From Candidatus Omnitrophota bacterium (lineage in GTDB: Bacteria; Omnitrophota; Gorgyraeia; Tantalellales; Tantalellaceae), in contig JAJRVD010000025.1 in NCBI GenBank assembly GCA_024277375.1, forward strand, positions 19,846 to 83,845: DNA of 64,000 nt. The letters run 5' to 3'. Below the pieces are notes generated by a model. It was not told the origin of the DNA and ran no database searches. It was given only the letters and a program-made list of their open reading frames with translations. The translations under genes and the position numbers were made by a program. Below, one piece after another: positions 61,339 to 64,000 of the stretch; the stretch's first letter is position 1, and each line of letters opens with the position of its first letter.

Positions 61339-61453
61339 ATTTATTTTGTGTGCCGCCCATCGCCAAAGGCGATACGGCTCCTACGTCACACATCACTCTT
61401 CACGTATCACATCTTACTTCTCATAGTCGATGGACCATTGACTATGGACTAGC

Positions 61454-62869
61454 CTAATATCTATAGTGTTCCGGTTTATAAGGACCTTCAACAGGGATTC
61501 CTAAATAATCGGATTGTCCCTTGGAAAGTTTTGTGAGTTTCACTCCGATCTTGTCCAGATGAAGTCTGGCAACTTCCTCATCAAGCTCTTTGGACAATCT
61601 ATAAACTTTATTCTCGTATTTACCCTGATTTTCCCAAAGATCTATCTGTGCCAGAACCTGATTTGTAAAAGAGTTCGACATAACAAAAGAAGGATGCCCC
61701 GTAGCGCAACCCAGGTTGACCAGACGTCCCTCCGCCAGAAGATATATTTCTTTACCGTCCGGGAAGATATACTTATCTACCTGCGGTTTGATGTTTACCT
61801 TTTTTATGCCGGGGTACGCTTCAAGACCCGCGACCTCTATTTCGTTATCGAAGTGTCCTATATTACACACGATGGCCTGGTCTTTCATTTTTGCCATATG
61901 TTCAGCCGTAAGAACATCGCGATTTCCGGTTGCGGTAACATAAATATCACCTACACCAAGTGTATCTTCCACGGTCGCGACCTCATAACCTTCCATAGCC
62001 GCCTGCAAAGCACATATAGGATCGATCTCGGTTGTTATAACACGAGCTCCTAAGCTTCGTAACGACTGGGCAGAACCTTTACCCACATCACCATACCCGC
62101 ACACAACGGCTACCTTACCGGCAAGCATAACGTCCATAGCTCTTTTCAGTCCATCACCAAGTGACTCACGACAACCGTACAAATTATCAAATTTGGATTT
62201 CGTAACAGAGTCATTCACATTGATGGCCGGCACCAAAAGCTCTTTCTTCTCCATCATCTGATATAAACGATGTACTCCGGTAGTCGTCTCCTCTGACACA
62301 CCTTTCCATTCGTCAAGCATATTTGTCCACTTGCTCAGATTAACTTTCTGAATTTTCTTAAGGAGCCTGAAAAGCTCCACCTCATCCTCACCGCCTGGAG
62401 TTTTATCAAGCACCGATTTATCTTTTTCGGCACTGGCTCCAAGATGTATCATAAGTGTCGCATCTCCGCCATCATCCACTATAAGCTGAGGCCCTTTATC
62501 CCCGGCAAATGTCAATGCCTGGTCCGTACACCACCAAAACTCTTCAAGCGTTTCACCTTTCCACGCAAATACCGGAACTCCACTTTTAGCAATCGCGGCA
62601 GCCGCATGGTCCTGAGTAGAAAATATGTTACAGCTCGCCCATCTGACTTCAGCCCCCAAAGCAACAAGTGTTTCAATTAGCACCGCTGTCTGTATGGTCA
62701 TATGCAATGAGCCCATTATCCGTACGCCCGAAAGTGGTTTTTTAGAAGCATATTTTTCCCGTATGGCTATAAGACCCGGCATTTCATGCTCGGCGACAGA
62801 TATTTCTTTCCTGCCATAATCTGCAAGACTCATGTCTTTAACTTTGTAGTCCCGCACTGAAGTAGACAT
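61454..62869 (-). CDS. ahcY: Adenosylhomocysteinase
   Basis: [42 protein letters not shown]. Confidence 0.97.
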   Translation of the reverse strand: MSTSVRDYKVKDMSLADYGRKEISVAEHEMPGLIAIREKYASKKPLSGVRIMGSLHMTIQTAVLIETLVALGAEVRWASCNIFSTQDHAAAAIAKSGVPVFAWKGETLEEFWWCTDQALTFAGDKGPQLIVDDGGDATLMIHLGASAEKDKSVLDKTPGGEDEVELFRLLKKIQKVNLSKWTNMLDEWKGVSEETTTGVHRLYQMMEKKELLVPAINVNDSVTKSKFDNLYGCRESLGDGLKRAMDVMLAGKVAVVCGYGDVGKGSAQSLRSLGARVITTEIDPICALQAAMEGYEVATVEDTLGVGDIYVTATGNRDVLTAEHMAKMKDQAIVCNIGHFDNEIEVAGLEAYPGIKKVNIKPQVDKYIFPDGKEIYLLAEGRLVNLGCATGHPSFVMSNSFTNQVLAQIDLWENQGKYENKVYRLSKELDEEVARLHLDKIGVKLTKLSKGQSDYLGIPVEGPYKPEHYRY

Positions 62870-62890
62870 TTTCCCCCTTTTTTTGATTTG

Positions 62891-62918
62891 ATAGGGGCAC
62901 GGCGCGCCGTGCCCCTAC
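62891..62918. repeat. 28-bp GTAG-type REP palindrome
   Basis: ATAGGGGCACGGCGCGCCGTGCCCCTAC. Confidence 0.8.
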
Positions 62919-62936
62919 GTACTTGTATCCCGATTA

Positions 62937-64000
62937 TCACGCTTTCGCCGTTGATCTGCTCTTAAGCACTTCGGCCATATCTGTTTCTTCCCAGGTAAAG
63001 CCTTCCTCGTTCCTGCCGAAATGACCGTAAGCAGCTGTCTTCCTGAAAATAGGCCTTCTTAGTCTTAATTTTTCTATTATGCCGCCGGGTGTCAGGTCAA
63101 AAGTTTCCCTTGCCAGCTTCACAATATTTTTTTCAGACAGTTTGCCCGTCCCGAAAGTATTGACCATAACACTTACCGGTTCCGCAACCCCTATGGCATA
63201 CGCGAGCTGTACTTCACATTTGTTAGCCATGCCTGACGCGACGATATTTTTCGCGACATAACGCGCCATATACGAAGCGGATCGGTCAACCTTTGTAGCA
63301 TCCTTACCGCTAAAACACCCGCCGCCATGGCTCCCTACACCTCCGTAGGTATCAACTATTATTTTTCTTCCGGTAACACCTGTATCACCCTGGGGACCGC
63401 CTACTTCGAATCTTCCGGTAGGATTAATGTATATTTTAGTATCCCCATCCATCAAGTCCGCCGGAACGATCTCGTGTATTACCAAGTTCTTCATATCCTC
63501 ATAAATCTCTTTCATATCGGTTTTATGATCATGGTGCGCGCTTATGACGATCGCGTCAACTCTCTTTGGGGCGCCATCAACGTACTCTACTGTTACCTGG
63601 CTTTTGCCATCAGGACGCAGATAATTCACAAGACCTTCTTTTCTGATCTTCGCAAGTCGCCTGGTAAGAGCATGCGCCAAAGTTATAGGCATTGGCATAA
63701 GAGTTTTGGTCTCATCAGTGGCATAACCAAACATCATACCCTGGTCACCCGCGCCTCCTGTATCAACACCCATCGCTATGTCCGGAGACTGCCCCTGTAT
63801 GGATGTGATAACCCCACATGTCTCGTAATCAAAACCGTAATCAGCGTGTGTATACCCTATACTTTTAATGGTTTCCCGTATAACTTTATGGATGTCGACG
63901 TAACAGGAAGTCGTTATCTCCCCTGCAACAAGCGCGAGGCCCGTCGTCACCATCGTCTCACAGGCGACTCTTCCGGACGGATCCTCTTTCAATATCTCAT
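62937..64000 (-). CDS. metK: S-adenosylmethionine synthetase (5' end outside the window)
   Basis: [35 protein letters not shown]. Confidence 0.97.
   Translation of the reverse strand, partial: EILKEDPSGRVACETMVTTGLALVAGEITTSCYVDIHKVIRETIKSIGYTHADYGFDYETCGVITSIQGQSPDIAMGVDTGGAGDQGMMFGYATDETKTLMPMPITLAHALTRRLAKIRKEGLVNYLRPDGKSQVTVEYVDGAPKRVDAIVISAHHDHKTDMKEIYEDMKNLVIHEIVPADLMDGDTKIYINPTGRFEVGGPQGDTGVTGRKIIVDTYGGVGSHGGGCFSGKDATKVDRSASYMARYVAKNIVASGMANKCEVQLAYAIGVAEPVSVMVNTFGTGKLSEKNIVKLARETFDLTPGGIIEKLRLRRPIFRKTAAYGHFGRNEEGFTWEETDMAEVLKSRSTAKA

Noticed and set aside
61274-61396. N-terminal extensions of pfkA (and of ilvB, rfaE1, the macro domain gene, kdsC, queF, queE)
   Set aside because: The extra residues are read-through of upstream repeats or overlapping genes; homology starts at downstream start codons

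Overview
64 kb of bacterial core chromosome with almost every gene on the minus strand: MEP/envelope (ispG-rseP-dxr-cdsA-uppS), purA, serA, clpP/tig, hpf, lptB/lptC-A, queCDEF, kdsABCD, a large LPS core/lipid A cluster, xerC-topA-dprA, aro/leu/ilv genes, alr, lptFG, pfkA, ahcY and metK. Gene style and a ~1,900-codon exported protein suggest a PVC-group organism, probably Ca. Omnitrophota (inference). No rRNA, tRNA, CRISPR array or transposase was seen. The main unexplained signal is intergenic: a nested set of non-autonomous elements. A 56-bp GTAG-type REP doublet (16 copies) is carried inside a 119-bp TIR element (element A). Element A inserts at GTC^ATT with a 3-bp ATT/AAT duplication. That target is the conserved end of other palindromic repeat families and also lies inside a ~55-bp TIR element (element B), which is flanked by 12-15 bp duplications (a perfect 14 bp at aroC). 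Also notable: single in-frame stops in tig, aroC, aroE and the giant gene, all compatible with G>T changes; an AroK-PAS-HD-GYP fusion; and a pseudoknotted RNA-like leader upstream of the giant gene. Coordinates of non-ORF features and adjusted starts were read by eye.
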